A stretch of 61,295 nt of DNA, filler included. It is 8 parts of 8 records of this genome, joined end to end, with 100 filler letters (N's around TTAATTAATTAA, not from the genome) between each part and the next. Parts side by side here need not be neighbours in the genome. Positions count along the whole stretch, not along the records: positions 34,383 to 43,578 come from SRR31156797_60032; positions 43,679 to 49,073 come from SRR31156797_60094; positions 49,174 to 54,348 come from SRR31156797_60104; 5 more parts are not named here. One strand, 5' to 3'. A program made the position numbers and the translations under genes. Below are positions 38,614 to 49,175 of the stretch, piece after piece. The notes beneath the pieces were generated by a model, which was not told where the DNA came from, ran no database searches, and saw only the letters and a program-made list of their open reading frames with translations. Numbering within the stretch: the stretch's first letter is position 1; every line of letters begins with the position of its first letter.

Positions 38614-39645
38614 ATGAACATCAAATCCATCTTTCTCTTCATTGCGCTTTTGGTAATCCTGGGCTTCACCTCAGGATGTGTTACTAGCGGCTCATCAACA
38701 AAGGCTCCGGCTACGCCGACTTACCAACCTCAAATAACTGGTGAAAAAAAACTTTATCCAGATGAACAAGTAGCCGTAACGACACTGACATTAGCAAAAC
38801 GGGGCATCCTTCCTCAAAACGGTGTTATCTCCTTGGCTCCGGATGCGACAGTCACACTAACCCAACCCGTGGCTGGATTCTCCGTTATGAAGGAAGGAGT
38901 CACGGGTATTCGACAACTTCAAAATGGTGACATAGCTGTGGAAGTATTGTGCGAATACCAAGACTCACTCGGACGAAAAGCTTCCATGCTTGATATGGCA
39001 ACGTACACCCTTCGCCAACCTACTGGACAAGAAGCAAAAACAGTGTCTGAAAACATGGTCGCCGAACACAAAATCACCATGAATAAATGTACACCGGAAA
39101 TGCAACAGCAGACCATGGAATCCATCAAAACATTCCAAACTTCCGTAGGACTCACACCAGATGGAATACTCGGCCCGCAAACGGCAATGGCGATGGTTCA
39201 AGGGATGGAATTCCAGGAATTCACCGGATTAATATCTGCTCCGATATATTCAACAACCCCACGATTTGAAATATATTTCATTGATGAAGTCGTGGCGAAA
39301 AGCGCACCGGGCACCTATCTCAAGGGATTCAACAGCTTGGAAGCAGTACGAATCAAAGCAATTCCAGCCTCCCAATTCGCAGCCAGAGCAAAAAGCGGTG
39401 GGAAATACCTCGCCTTGATCTACTTCATGGATCAACTTCCTAAAGACACCCCGATTCAGATTGGACTCTCAGAGTTCAGCACCAGAAAAGATAATGACAG
39501 GAAAGCCACTATGAAACCCATGTATGCCACAGGACAGGATTGGCCTGTGGTCGTCGCTCCATTCAGTTTAAAAAAAGTTAATTCCAAACTGTACGCGCAT
39601 GTTTTGATCAGTGGCAAAATAGCTGGAACAACAAAATTGAAATAA
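38614..39645 (+). CDS. Lipoprotein with peptidoglycan-binding (PG_binding_1-like) segment
   Basis: GAGGAG RBS, lipobox-like 'TSG-C', 'IKTFQ.SVGLTPDGILGPQT'. Confidence 0.7.
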   Translation: MNIKSIFLFIALLVILGFTSGCVTSGSSTKAPATPTYQPQITGEKKLYPDEQVAVTTLTLAKRGILPQNGVISLAPDATVTLTQPVAGFSVMKEGVTGIRQLQNGDIAVEVLCEYQDSLGRKASMLDMATYTLRQPTGQEAKTVSENMVAEHKITMNKCTPEMQQQTMESIKTFQTSVGLTPDGILGPQTAMAMVQGMEFQEFTGLISAPIYSTTPRFEIYFIDEVVAKSAPGTYLKGFNSLEAVRIKAIPASQFAARAKSGGKYLALIYFMDQLPKDTPIQIGLSEFSTRKDNDRKATMKPMYATGQDWPVVVAPFSLKKVNSKLYAHVLISGKIAGTTKLK

Positions 39646-39655
39646 AACCAATCCA

Positions 39656-39712
39656 AATGCCAAAAGAAAAGGGTCTACGTTTTATCGACGCAGACCCTTT
39701 TCTTTTGGCATT
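39656..39712. terminator. Bidirectional intrinsic terminator
   Basis: 21-bp perfect arms AATGCCAAAAGAAAAGGGTCT...AGACCCTTTTCTTTTGGCATT between convergent genes. Confidence 0.85.
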
Positions 39713-39750
39713 AATAATCACACTATATTCATACAGCTCAATCGGAAATA

Positions 39751-41409
39751 TCACGAATCATCAGGGAGCAAGCCGGCTTTTTGAAGCCGTGCTTTCTTGG
39801 TGGCAATGTCCGCTCGAAGATATGTAAGCTGCGTGGTGAGTATGGACTCAAGATGACCTTCGTGCCTATCTTCCAACAACTGTCGATGATTGCAGCTCTG
39901 TCGCTCTGCCGCCTCTGACAACGCCTGAAGATGGTTTGAAACTCGTAAATGTGTAATTTCAACATTTCCGAGATACGCAGCTGGTTTACCATCACAAAGC
40001 ATTCGCAAATCCATATCCAGATCATCAAACTGACTCGGAGAAAAAAGCAAGTCAAACCCCCTTCTCTTATGCAATTCCTCTAACCTGAAAAGATGACAAC
40101 ATCCGGTCACTGAAGACGCGTAGCGCCGATAATTCAACTGTGACGGGATCAAACACTCTGTCGAAGGTTCATGAAGCACGACCCGCCCGTCCTGTTTCGC
40201 GGCATCTTCACGACTCAGAACAAAACCGTCCGCATGCTGTGTAATACCGGGGGAAACAGCGTCACGAACCCGGCAACCCCAGACTCCGGCATCAGGAAAT
40301 TCTTCGGTCCCAGCCGCAAGACCAAGCAACCAATCGTGCGGAACAATGACATCGTCATCAAGAAAAACAACCCACTCGGCCTCATCTTTCCCGGCAGCGT
40401 CTATCAACCAATTACGTGCCGCAGGCGCTCCCACATTTACAGGGAGATCAACGATATCCAGTTCACCATTGAAACGGGACTGGGCCGCTTTCACAATTTT
40501 CAGACTCTCGTCTTCGCTCCCATTCACAAGCACTCGTACAGAGATATCCCCAACACTCTTGCCCAGATCAGAAGCCAATACGCTTTCAAGAGTTCGGCCA
40601 AGTTCATCCGCTTTATTATATGAATAGATACACACCACACATTTCCCATCCAAACGAACATCTCTTTTCGCAGGAAAGAGCAAACTGTCCATGAACAACA
40701 AGGCGGATGTGTGCTGAGGAAATTCTTCCAACAAGTTCTGGAGTAAAGCCATGGCCTTTTCATTTTGACCGATGTTGGCATAGGCCGTAGCAAGATTAAA
40801 CCCGACAATTGTCGATCCCAATTTTTCCAGCAACGGTTCATACGCCCTGACCGCCCCTTTACATTTCCCGTGCGCCAAGAGGGATTCTGCCAGCAACAAT
40901 TGCGCAAGTTCTGGTTCCACTGGTGCGAGAACGCGCTGAAGAAAACCTTCCAGCCAGCCCCATTTTGAAAGAAGGCCCTGATACAACATGGCCTGCCGAA
41001 CAACAGGCAAGACCTTGTTTCCACGGGCCGAGTTCATCAGGCACTCATCAAGTGCTGCATATTGTCCTTGGGCAAAAAGGACAGGAGCTTTGAGATTACC
41101 TTCTCCATGGCCCAACAAAGCAATACGTTTGGCAACCGCCACGGAATGAGGCGTCATCATTTGCCTGACAGCAGGAATTCCTTCATAAAGCTTTACGACT
41201 TCACTGGCTAATGGCGCGTTCAAAGGAAACTCCGCCCAAGCCATGCAGAAAAGTCGAGATCCGAGCTCTATTAACGAAGAAGCTCCTGCACCGCCTTCAT
41301 TGGCCAGAGTAAAGGCTTTTTGCGCAGCAGCAAGCAGATGGTTGTGGCCCCTTGTCCCGAAAAGCAGATAATCCTTCAAATCGTGCTCTCTCGTGCTATT
41401 ATAATTCAC
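39751..41409 (-). CDS. TPR-containing GT2 glycosyltransferase
   Basis: TPR-like helices, then 'VCIYSYNKA..L..TL', 'VNGS.D', 'NVGAPAARN', 'FLDDD', 'VTGCCHLF', 'FSPSQFDDLD'. Confidence 0.85.
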   Translation of the reverse strand: MNYNSTREHDLKDYLLFGTRGHNHLLAAAQKAFTLANEGGAGASSLIELGSRLFCMAWAEFPLNAPLASEVVKLYEGIPAVRQMMTPHSVAVAKRIALLGHGEGNLKAPVLFAQGQYAALDECLMNSARGNKVLPVVRQAMLYQGLLSKWGWLEGFLQRVLAPVEPELAQLLLAESLLAHGKCKGAVRAYEPLLEKLGSTIVGFNLATAYANIGQNEKAMALLQNLLEEFPQHTSALLFMDSLLFPAKRDVRLDGKCVVCIYSYNKADELGRTLESVLASDLGKSVGDISVRVLVNGSEDESLKIVKAAQSRFNGELDIVDLPVNVGAPAARNWLIDAAGKDEAEWVVFLDDDVIVPHDWLLGLAAGTEEFPDAGVWGCRVRDAVSPGITQHADGFVLSREDAAKQDGRVVLHEPSTECLIPSQLNYRRYASSVTGCCHLFRLEELHKRRGFDLLFSPSQFDDLDMDLRMLCDGKPAAYLGNVEITHLRVSNHLQALSEAAERQSCNHRQLLEDRHEGHLESILTTQLTYLRADIATKKARLQKAGLLPDDS

Positions 41410-41537
41410 ATGTCAAAATACAGTCTGTTGAACTGACATGAATACAATATTTATTCCAACGAAAAAGACTTCTCCTCTTTTCCGTCTTATCGTATCCTAC
41501 CCATCGTCAAAAACAGAACATAACAAACGGAATCAAT

Positions 41538-42899
41538 ATGCCACCAGTCAAGACATCCATATTTCAACTTTTGAAGATCGGCCCCGGCCCCTCCAGCTCC
41601 CACACCATTGGCCCCATGAAAGCGGGCTATTACTTTATGAAACTTGTCCGCAATCTTCCCAAGGAAGACCGATTGCGCGCAGACGGGTTGACTATCCGGC
41701 TCTTCGGTTCTCTGTCTGCCACGGGTGAAGGTCATGGCACTCGCCGGGCAGTCATGTCCGGCTTACTTGGCTTTCTACCTGACACATGCCATCCTAATGT
41801 ATTGGAAGAATTCGACGACAAGGATCAGGAATTTGAGCTGGACCTCGACGGCAAGGCTCTCTCATACCGTCCTCGTGACATGATTTTTGATGCCGTCCAG
41901 CATGATTACCCACATTCAAACACAATGATCTTTTCACTCAAGGCAGGAAAAAAGACTCTGCTTGAACGTACATACTATTCCATTGGTGGAGGATTCCTGC
42001 ATTGGGAAGGCAGAAAAGAACCCAAGCGTGGCGAACCTGCCTACCCGTATAAAACCATGGCTCAACTCAAAGAGCATCTGCGAAACAACTCCATGCGGCT
42101 CCACGAACTCATCCTGGCCAATGAAAAGGCCATTACCGGCATGAGTGAAGAAGAAATCTTCGCAGGACTGGACCATATCGTCGAAGTCATGGAACGCGCC
42201 GTGGAACTTGGAATCCAAAGCACAGGCTCGCTCCCCGGTCCTATAGGACTCCAACGGAAAGCAGCCGTCATGTATGAGCAGGCCAAGGCTGAACATTTTC
42301 AAGGACCGGGATTCGTCAAAGCCTTTAACGCATACGCCATGGCCGCTTCAGAGGAAAATGCTTCCGGCCATTGCGTTGTCACGGCTCCCACATGTGGTGC
42401 GGCCGGGGTGATACCCTCAATCATATTCATGCTCAAGCGACACATGGGAGCCTTGCAAAAAGAAATACACGAAGGACTTCTTGCAGCCATTGCCATCGGC
42501 TTTCTCTGCAAGCACAACGCGTCCATTTCCGGCGCCGAAGTCGGATGTCAAGGCGAAGTCGGTGTGGCCTCGGCCATGGCCGCAGCCCTCCTTGCCTATG
42601 CTCGTGGGTATCGCTTTCAGGTAACCGAAAACGCCGCTGAAATCGCCATGGAACACCACCTTGGCCTGACCTGTGATCCGGTCGGTGGGTATGTGCAAAT
42701 TCCCTGCATCGAACGAAACGCCATGGGCGCCATCAAAGCGTATAATGCCTACCTTATCGCAACAACTTTGGACGAATCATATCAAAGAGTCGATCTGGAC
42801 AAGGCCATTGAGGCCATGGCCCAGACAGGCCGAGACATGTCGCGCAAATACAAAGAAACGTCATTGGCAGGCCTCGCGCAGAGTGTCACCGAATGCTAA
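41538..42899 (+). CDS. sdaA: L-serine dehydratase (Fe-S, fused alpha/beta)
   Basis: 'IGPGPSSSHTIGPM', 'GSLSATG.GH.T', 'YSIGGGF', 'VTAPTCGAAG', 'GCQGEVG', 'HHLGLTCDPV.G.VQIPCIERN'. Confidence 0.95.
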   Translation: MPPVKTSIFQLLKIGPGPSSSHTIGPMKAGYYFMKLVRNLPKEDRLRADGLTIRLFGSLSATGEGHGTRRAVMSGLLGFLPDTCHPNVLEEFDDKDQEFELDLDGKALSYRPRDMIFDAVQHDYPHSNTMIFSLKAGKKTLLERTYYSIGGGFLHWEGRKEPKRGEPAYPYKTMAQLKEHLRNNSMRLHELILANEKAITGMSEEEIFAGLDHIVEVMERAVELGIQSTGSLPGPIGLQRKAAVMYEQAKAEHFQGPGFVKAFNAYAMAASEENASGHCVVTAPTCGAAGVIPSIIFMLKRHMGALQKEIHEGLLAAIAIGFLCKHNASISGAEVGCQGEVGVASAMAAALLAYARGYRFQVTENAAEIAMEHHLGLTCDPVGGYVQIPCIERNAMGAIKAYNAYLIATTLDESYQRVDLDKAIEAMAQTGRDMSRKYKETSLAGLAQSVTEC

Positions 42900-43044
42900 G
42901 ACTCACATTATTGTAAATCTGCATGTTTTAAACAAAGAATCTTTCGGCAACATAGAACCAAAACCGAAAATTGTTTGCCTAGCGCCCCATATTTTGCTAC
43001 AAAACGCCTTGGCTTTTAAGCCTAATCCATTCTTGGAGATACAT

Positions 43045-43578
43045 GTGATTTCTTTCAAAGGTGTTAACAAGTGGTATGGGGACTTTCAGGTCCTCAAAAA
43101 TATCAACCTGAACATTGCCAAAGGCGAAGTCGTCGTCGTTTGTGGCCCGTCCGGGTCCGGCAAATCTACCATGATCCGGTGTATCAACCGGTTAGAGCCA
43201 ATTCAGGAAGGCGACATTACAGTCGACGGAATGAACGTATCCGACCCACGTACAAACATGACCCTGCTCCGAGCAGAAGTCGGTTTTGTATTCCAGCAGT
43301 TCAATCTCTATCCGCACATGACGGTTATGGAGAACATCACGCTGGCACCCACCATGGTTCGCGGCATGAGCCGCGGCGAAGCCACTGCCATAGGCATGGA
43401 CCTTCTCAAGAAGGTAGACATCCCCGACAAGGCCGGGGCGTATCCATCCCAACTGTCAGGCGGTCAGCAGCAGCGCGTTGCCATTGCTCGCGGTCTGGCG
43501 ATGCAGCCCAAGATCATGCTCTTTGACGAGCCAACATCCGCGCTCGACCCGGAAATGATCAACGAAGTGCTGGATGTC
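43045..43578 (+). CDS. Polar amino-acid ABC ATP-binding protein (GlnQ/GltL-like), truncated
   Basis: GTG 43045 after GGAG; 'CGPSGSGKST.IRCIN.LE', 'QLSGGQQQRVAIAR', 'DEPTSALDPE'. Confidence 0.92.
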
Positions 43579-43678
43579 NNNNNNNNNNNNNNNNNNNNNN
43601 NNNNNNNNNNNNNNNNNNNNNNTTAATTAATTAANNNNNNNNNNNNNNNNNNNNNNNNNNNNNNNNNNNNNNNNNNNN
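43579..43678. other. Artificial contig spacer
   Basis: 44 N + TTAATTAATTAA + 44 N. Confidence 0.99.
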
Positions 43679-43748
43679 AAATCATCTCTTGAAAATTACG
43701 CTTGAAAAATGTCTAGGAAAAATCTGGAATATATTCTAGGAATAGAGC

Positions 43749-44030
43749 TTAGTAGCTTTTGTTGAATCCGCCTCTTTGTGGGCGTTCTTCACGTGGACGA
43801 GCCTGATTAACGATTACTGCTCTTCCCTGAATCTCAGCACCATTAATTCCGTCGATTGCTGCACGAGCTTCATCATCGTCTGGCATCTCTACGAAACCAA
43901 AACCCTTTGAACGACCAGTTTCACGGTCTTTGATAACTCTTGCTGATTCAACTGTTCCGTAAGCTTCGAAAGCTTCTTTAAGTTCTTCGTCGCTAAGTCT
44001 GTAAGCAACATTTCCTACATAAATGTTCAT
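43749..44030 (-). CDS. RRM (RNP-1) RNA-binding protein
   Basis: RNP2 'IYVGNV', RNP1 'KGFGFVEM', 'DRETGRS', 'VNQARPRE'. Confidence 0.95.
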   Translation of the reverse strand: MNIYVGNVAYRLSDEELKEAFEAYGTVESARVIKDRETGRSKGFGFVEMPDDDEARAAIDGINGAEIQGRAVIVNQARPREERPQRGGFNKSY

Positions 44031-44245
44031 TCTCTCTTCTCTCTAATTGCCATGGTTAACTACTCAAACCGGTTGCTCATGGCCAGCTAACCGATCCTAA
44101 AAAATCCAAACCCTGAAAAAACCGTTTTCCAGAGGTTCGTAATATACCCAAGTCAAAAACATTTGTCAAATTAATAATTTATCTTTATTGATTATCATTT
44201 TTTTCATGGCATAATTCTATAGTTTATTTTTTCCTAGGGGGAATA

Positions 44246-46210
44246 ATGTCGTATAAACTCACTTCAAATTTCAAACCTGCGGGTGATCAACCACAGGCAA
44301 TTGAAAAACTGATAGATAATTTTAAGAACGGTTCAAAGCATGAGCTTCTTCTTGGTGCGACAGGAACTGGTAAAACCTACGTTATGGCCAATATTATTAA
44401 AGCTTTAGGTAGACCTGCGCTCATAATTGCACACAATAAGACTCTTGCCGGGCAGCTCTATGGAGAATTCTGTAATTTCTTTCCTGAGGATCGTGTCGGC
44501 TACTTTATTTCATTTTATGATTACTATCAACCTGAAGCTTATATTCCGACTACCGATACCTTTATTGAAAAAGATGCTTCAAGAAATGATGATATTGACA
44601 GAATGAGGCATTTTGCGACTTCAAGTCTTTTGGAAAACCAGCATTCCGTGATAGTTGCCTCAGTCAGTTCCATCTACGGAATCGGTTCTCCTGAAGCTTA
44701 TCAGGGTTTGACAATGAAGATATTCGTGGGTAACAACTTCCCAATTGAAGATCTGTGCAGAAGTCTTGTCGAGATTCAATATGAAAGAAGTCAGTTCGAT
44801 CTTGCAAGGGGAAAATTCAGAGTTAAAGGAGACACCGTTGAAGTATTCCCTCCTTATGAAAATGAGATCGCAGTTAGAATTTCATATTTTGGCGATGATA
44901 TTGAAGAAATTGCACTTGTAAAACCTTTTGAAGGAACAAAGATCAGGAATCTCGATAGCGTCAGGATCTATCCTTCAAGTCATTATGTTGCTGAAAAAGA
45001 GACCATTAAAGAAACCATAAAGCTTGCAAGTGCAGAGCTTGAAGCTCAGATAGAATATTTTGAGAAAAACAACAAGCTCATTGAAGCTCAGCGTATCAGA
45101 GAGCGTGTCGGACAGGACATGGTCATGCTTGAAACTGCCGGATACTGCTCAGGAATTGAAAACTATTCAAGATACATAACTCATAGATCCGAAGGAGAGC
45201 CACCACCCACTCTTCTTGATTATTTCGGCGATGATTTTCTTGTTATTGTCGATGAATCTCATGTAACTCTTCCACAGATCAAAGGAATGTTTCGCGGAGA
45301 CAGAGCAAGAAAAGAAGTTCTAGTCAATTACGGGTTCAGACTTCCGAGTGCTCTTGACAACAGACCGCTGAACTTTGAAGAATTTGAAGAAAAAGTGGAT
45401 AGAGTCCTCTATGTTTCAGCAACTCCCAGAGATTACGAAATAGAACAAAGCTCTGAAGTTATCTCACTTATTAATAGGCCCACAGGACTTCTTGATCCGA
45501 TGCCTGTACTTCTGCCCGCTGAAAATGAAGTTGCAGCTCTTTATGATGAGATACAAAAAGAAGTTGAGCAGGAAGGTAAAGTTCTTGTCACAGCACTCAC
45601 AAAAAAGATGGCCGAAGATCTCAGTGAATTTTTAAAAGAACGCGGAATCAGAGCTAAGTATCTACACAGCGATATTGACAGCATGGAAAGACTTAGAATA
45701 GTCATGGAACTTCGTAAAAATCTCTTTGACGTTCTAGTTGGTGTCAACCTGCTCAGAGAAGGACTTGATATCCCTGAAGTCACGCTTGTTGCAATTCTTG
45801 ATGCCGATAAGGAAGGATTTCTCAGAAGTGAATCAGCACTTATTCAGACAATTGGAAGAGCGGCAAGAAACGTAAATGGAAGAGCGATCCTCTTTGCAGA
45901 CAAGATAACAAAATCCATAAAAAATGCCGTGACTGAGACACTCCGAAGAAGGAAAATACAGCAGGAATTTAACGAAACTCACGGAATAACACCTCAAACG
46001 ATCAAAAACAAGGCAATTCTTGATATCGAGACCCATATTCCCGGCAAAAACAAGAAAAATGCGCTCAAGGGACCGAAAAAGAAGATCCAAAAGATAATTG
46101 CTGAGCTTGAAACAGAAATGAAAAAAGCAGCAAGCGAGTGGGATTTTGAATATGCCGCAATTCTTAGGGATAGGATCTTTGAATATAAAGGTCAGATGGA
46201 AAAGAAGTGA
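44246..46210 (+). CDS. uvrB: Excinuclease ABC subunit B
   Basis: 'PAGDQP.AI', 'GATGTGKT', 'YDYYQPEAY', 'DESHVT', 'GFRLPSALDNRPL', 'GVNLLREGLD.PEV', 'QTIGRAARN', C-terminal UVR domain. Confidence 0.97.
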   Translation: MSYKLTSNFKPAGDQPQAIEKLIDNFKNGSKHELLLGATGTGKTYVMANIIKALGRPALIIAHNKTLAGQLYGEFCNFFPEDRVGYFISFYDYYQPEAYIPTTDTFIEKDASRNDDIDRMRHFATSSLLENQHSVIVASVSSIYGIGSPEAYQGLTMKIFVGNNFPIEDLCRSLVEIQYERSQFDLARGKFRVKGDTVEVFPPYENEIAVRISYFGDDIEEIALVKPFEGTKIRNLDSVRIYPSSHYVAEKETIKETIKLASAELEAQIEYFEKNNKLIEAQRIRERVGQDMVMLETAGYCSGIENYSRYITHRSEGEPPPTLLDYFGDDFLVIVDESHVTLPQIKGMFRGDRARKEVLVNYGFRLPSALDNRPLNFEEFEEKVDRVLYVSATPRDYEIEQSSEVISLINRPTGLLDPMPVLLPAENEVAALYDEIQKEVEQEGKVLVTALTKKMAEDLSEFLKERGIRAKYLHSDIDSMERLRIVMELRKNLFDVLVGVNLLREGLDIPEVTLVAILDADKEGFLRSESALIQTIGRAARNVNGRAILFADKITKSIKNAVTETLRRRKIQQEFNETHGITPQTIKNKAILDIETHIPGKNKKNALKGPKKKIQKIIAELETEMKKAASEWDFEYAAILRDRIFEYKGQMEKK

Positions 46211-46284
46211 CTTTTCTCCGACTTGATTTAATTTTATCCATAAAGTATCATCCAAACCGTTAAACATTTTGTGTGCAAGGAAAA

Positions 46285-49065
46285 ATGAAAAAGACAATCT
46301 TTCTAATTACAATACTTTGGTGTTTTCTCAGCACCGCGGCAGTTGATGGTCCTTTTAGAAATTATATTCATCGTGGTTGGACTTCTGATGAAGGGTTACC
46401 TCAGAACTCAGTTTATTCCATTGCTCAGGATAATGACGGATTTCTTTGGTTTGGAACAGCTGAAGGACTTGTGAAGTTTGACGGTTCCGAATTTGTACTT
46501 TTTGATAAATATTCAAACAGCTCGATTAAAAGTAATGTAATTCTTGCACTTCTTTCTGATGATGAATGTCTTTGGATAGGAGTTAAATCAGGAGGCATTG
46601 TCCGCAAGTGTGGTGAAGAGTTCAAACATTTTTCAAAAGAGGATGGACTGACTTCTGAAACTGTAACTTCGATCGTTAAAAGTGAAGGTAACATTCTTTT
46701 TGGCACCTTTGGTGGCGGGATAACGGTTTATAAAGACGGAAAGCTCAAGCCTTATTCAAAAAATTCGTTTCTGCCTGAATCTTTCATCTATGACATTGTT
46801 GCAGTTGAAAAAGATCTTTATGTAGCAACTGATGACGGGCTTTATGCTATTAAAGGTGACAAGGTTATCAAATACGGCGAAAACGAGGGTCTGCCTGAAC
46901 TGAATATCCGAGGACTTTTTCTTGATTCAAAAGGAGATCTCTGGATTGGAACAAGTGATTCAGGTGTGGCAAGATTAAAAAAAGGAACTAATAAATTTGA
47001 AGTTTTTCAAAAAAAGGACGGGCTTTCTTCAGGCAGAATTTTTGCAATAGAAGAAGATAGTCAGGGAAAGATATGGATCGGTACTATCGGTGGCGGATTG
47101 AACATTTTTGACGGCAAGGAATTTAGAAACTACACAAAAAAAGACGGACTTTCTTCTGACGTTGTGAGAACACTTTTTAAAGACCGCGCAGGAAATATGT
47201 GGGCAGGAACTTTCGGTGGTGGAATCGATCAGTTTAGAAAAGGTCTTTTCAGCTCTATTTCAATGAGAGACGGACTGAGCGATAATGTTATTTTCGCACT
47301 TTTAGAAGTTGATAACGGTGATATTTACGCTGGAACTTACGGTAAAGGATTAAGCATAATTAAAAAGGACGGAAGTATTGAAGTCCTTGATTCTTCAAAC
47401 GGTCTTTCAGGTGATATTCCTGCAGCGATATTTCAGGATAGCGGTGGACGTATCTGGATCGGAACTTATGGAACATACCTAAATATAATAGAAACTGATG
47501 GTACAATAAAATTCGTAGGGCCCAAGCAGGGTCTTGAAATGGCAACAGTGACCTCCTTTTTTGAACTTGAGGATGGAACGATCTATATCGGCGGGTTCAA
47601 TTCAGCACTTGCCATTTATAAAGATGGTAAATTTAAAACCCGGAAAAAGGAAACCATTTTAAAGAATAGAACCGTCTGGGGAATTGCGCAGGATAAGGAT
47701 GGATCGATCCTTCTTTCTACTGACGGAGCCGGGATCATAAAGATCAAGAACAATGAATTTGAGATAATCAACAAGGAAAAAGGGCTTAGCGACAACAAGA
47801 TCACTCATATCTTTCGCGATAAGGAAAACATCCTCTGGGCTTCTTCCTATGACAACGGACTGAACATTATTAGACCTGATGGCAAAATTACGCATATTAA
47901 AAAAAGTGACGGTCTTTTTGATGACACGATATATACCAGTATTGAAGATAACGATGGTAATATCTGGATGAGTTCCAATAGAGGACTCTTTTCTGCAAAA
48001 AGATCTGATCTGCTTGCTTTTAAGCAGGGAAAAAATGAGAAGATCGAAGTCAAATCCTATTCATGGAAGGACGGAATGCCTTCTAATGAGTGTAATGGTG
48101 GTTTTCAAAAAGCTGCATTGAAAACTAAAGACGGCAGATTAATGTTCCCGACGATCAAAGGTATCGCAATTATGGATTCGCAAAACGTGCAGGAAGAGCC
48201 GTTTATGCCGATCTCTGTCATCACGGCCATTTATATTGACGGAAAAAGACAGGAACTTAAAAACAACTACGAACTTCCTCCACAAACTTCAAAGATAAAG
48301 ATCGAATATACTGCTCCAGCCTTTTCTGTTCCTGAGAAGATCAACTTCAGATATAAACTTGAAGGCTTTGATTCAGACTGGGTGAATGCAGGCAAACAGC
48401 GAAGCACAACTATCATGAACCTGGCTCCCGGAACTTATCAGTTTGTTGTCGGAGTTTCTGATATTGATGGAAACTGGAGCAAAAAAACAGCTCGCATCGA
48501 ACTTCGTCAAATCCCTGCTTTTCATCAGACCATCTGGTTTAGAATTCTTTCTCTTTTGCTGATCGCCATTCTTATTTTTATTCCAATTAACTACAAGCTG
48601 AAAAAGATGCAGATCACCAATGAGGAGCTAAGTGACCGGATCGAAGAGTCACAGGAAGAGCTTAAACAGATAAACGAAGAGCTCAATTCAAAATATGCAT
48701 CAAGCAGTTTGGATGATCGTGACCTTAACAGCTACAAATCTCAGATCCGTGATTTTGTTGAAAGCGAAAAACCATATTTAGACAACGAGCTGTCTATTAG
48801 AAAGCTTGCATCAATGCTTGATATGCAGCCTCACCACCTTTCTCAGGTCATAAACAGCGCCTTTAATATGAATTTCTACACATTTATAAACAACTATCGT
48901 ATCGAAGAAGTGACAAAGCTCATGAAAGATCCGCAAAGAAGCCATCACACTATTCTTGCGATCGCCTATGATTCCGGATTTAAATCAAAATCTTCATTTA
49001 ATACTATCTTCAAAAAAATGACTGGAAAAACTCCGAGCGAATATAGAGATCAGTTGAATTCATAA
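46285..49065 (+). CDS. Membrane sensor-regulator: Reg_prop beta-propellers + Y_Y_Y + TM + AraC HTH
   Basis: Signal peptide, repeated 'GL.S..V..I..D..G.LW.GT.GG', Y_Y_Y 'FRYKLEGFDSDW...NLAPG.Y.F.V', TM after 'FHQT.WFR', AraC 'LSQVIN.....NF..FIN.YR', 'IAYDSGFKSKSSFN..FKK.TG.TPSEYR'. Confidence 0.88.
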   Translation: MKKTIFLITILWCFLSTAAVDGPFRNYIHRGWTSDEGLPQNSVYSIAQDNDGFLWFGTAEGLVKFDGSEFVLFDKYSNSSIKSNVILALLSDDECLWIGVKSGGIVRKCGEEFKHFSKEDGLTSETVTSIVKSEGNILFGTFGGGITVYKDGKLKPYSKNSFLPESFIYDIVAVEKDLYVATDDGLYAIKGDKVIKYGENEGLPELNIRGLFLDSKGDLWIGTSDSGVARLKKGTNKFEVFQKKDGLSSGRIFAIEEDSQGKIWIGTIGGGLNIFDGKEFRNYTKKDGLSSDVVRTLFKDRAGNMWAGTFGGGIDQFRKGLFSSISMRDGLSDNVIFALLEVDNGDIYAGTYGKGLSIIKKDGSIEVLDSSNGLSGDIPAAIFQDSGGRIWIGTYGTYLNIIETDGTIKFVGPKQGLEMATVTSFFELEDGTIYIGGFNSALAIYKDGKFKTRKKETILKNRTVWGIAQDKDGSILLSTDGAGIIKIKNNEFEIINKEKGLSDNKITHIFRDKENILWASSYDNGLNIIRPDGKITHIKKSDGLFDDTIYTSIEDNDGNIWMSSNRGLFSAKRSDLLAFKQGKNEKIEVKSYSWKDGMPSNECNGGFQKAALKTKDGRLMFPTIKGIAIMDSQNVQEEPFMPISVITAIYIDGKRQELKNNYELPPQTSKIKIEYTAPAFSVPEKINFRYKLEGFDSDWVNAGKQRSTTIMNLAPGTYQFVVGVSDIDGNWSKKTARIELRQIPAFHQTIWFRILSLLLIAILIFIPINYKLKKMQITNEELSDRIEESQEELKQINEELNSKYASSSLDDRDLNSYKSQIRDFVESEKPYLDNELSIRKLASMLDMQPHHLSQVINSAFNMNFYTFINNYRIEEVTKLMKDPQRSHHTILAIAYDSGFKSKSSFNTIFKKMTGKTPSEYRDQLNS

Positions 49066-49073
49066 AATATATG

Positions 49074-49173
49074 NNNNNNNNNNNNNNNNNNNNNNNNNNN
49101 NNNNNNNNNNNNNNNNNTTAATTAATTAANNNNNNNNNNNNNNNNNNNNNNNNNNNNNNNNNNNNNNNNNNNN
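49074..49173. other. Artificial contig spacer
   Basis: 44 N + TTAATTAATTAA + 44 N. Confidence 0.99.
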
Positions 49174-49175
49174 AA

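Noticed and set aside
42673-43044. N-terminal extension of the amino-acid ABC ATPase
   Set aside because: Overlaps the sdaA 3' end; homology starts at GTG 43045 after GGAG
44050-44245. Structured leader of the RRM gene or SOS box for uvrB
   Set aside because: Only an imperfect hairpin; no LexA motif recognisable without knowing the taxon
46380-48100. Repetitive motifs in the large sensor gene as a possible DNA repeat array
   Set aside because: Protein-level beta-propeller repeats, degenerate at the DNA level; not CRISPR
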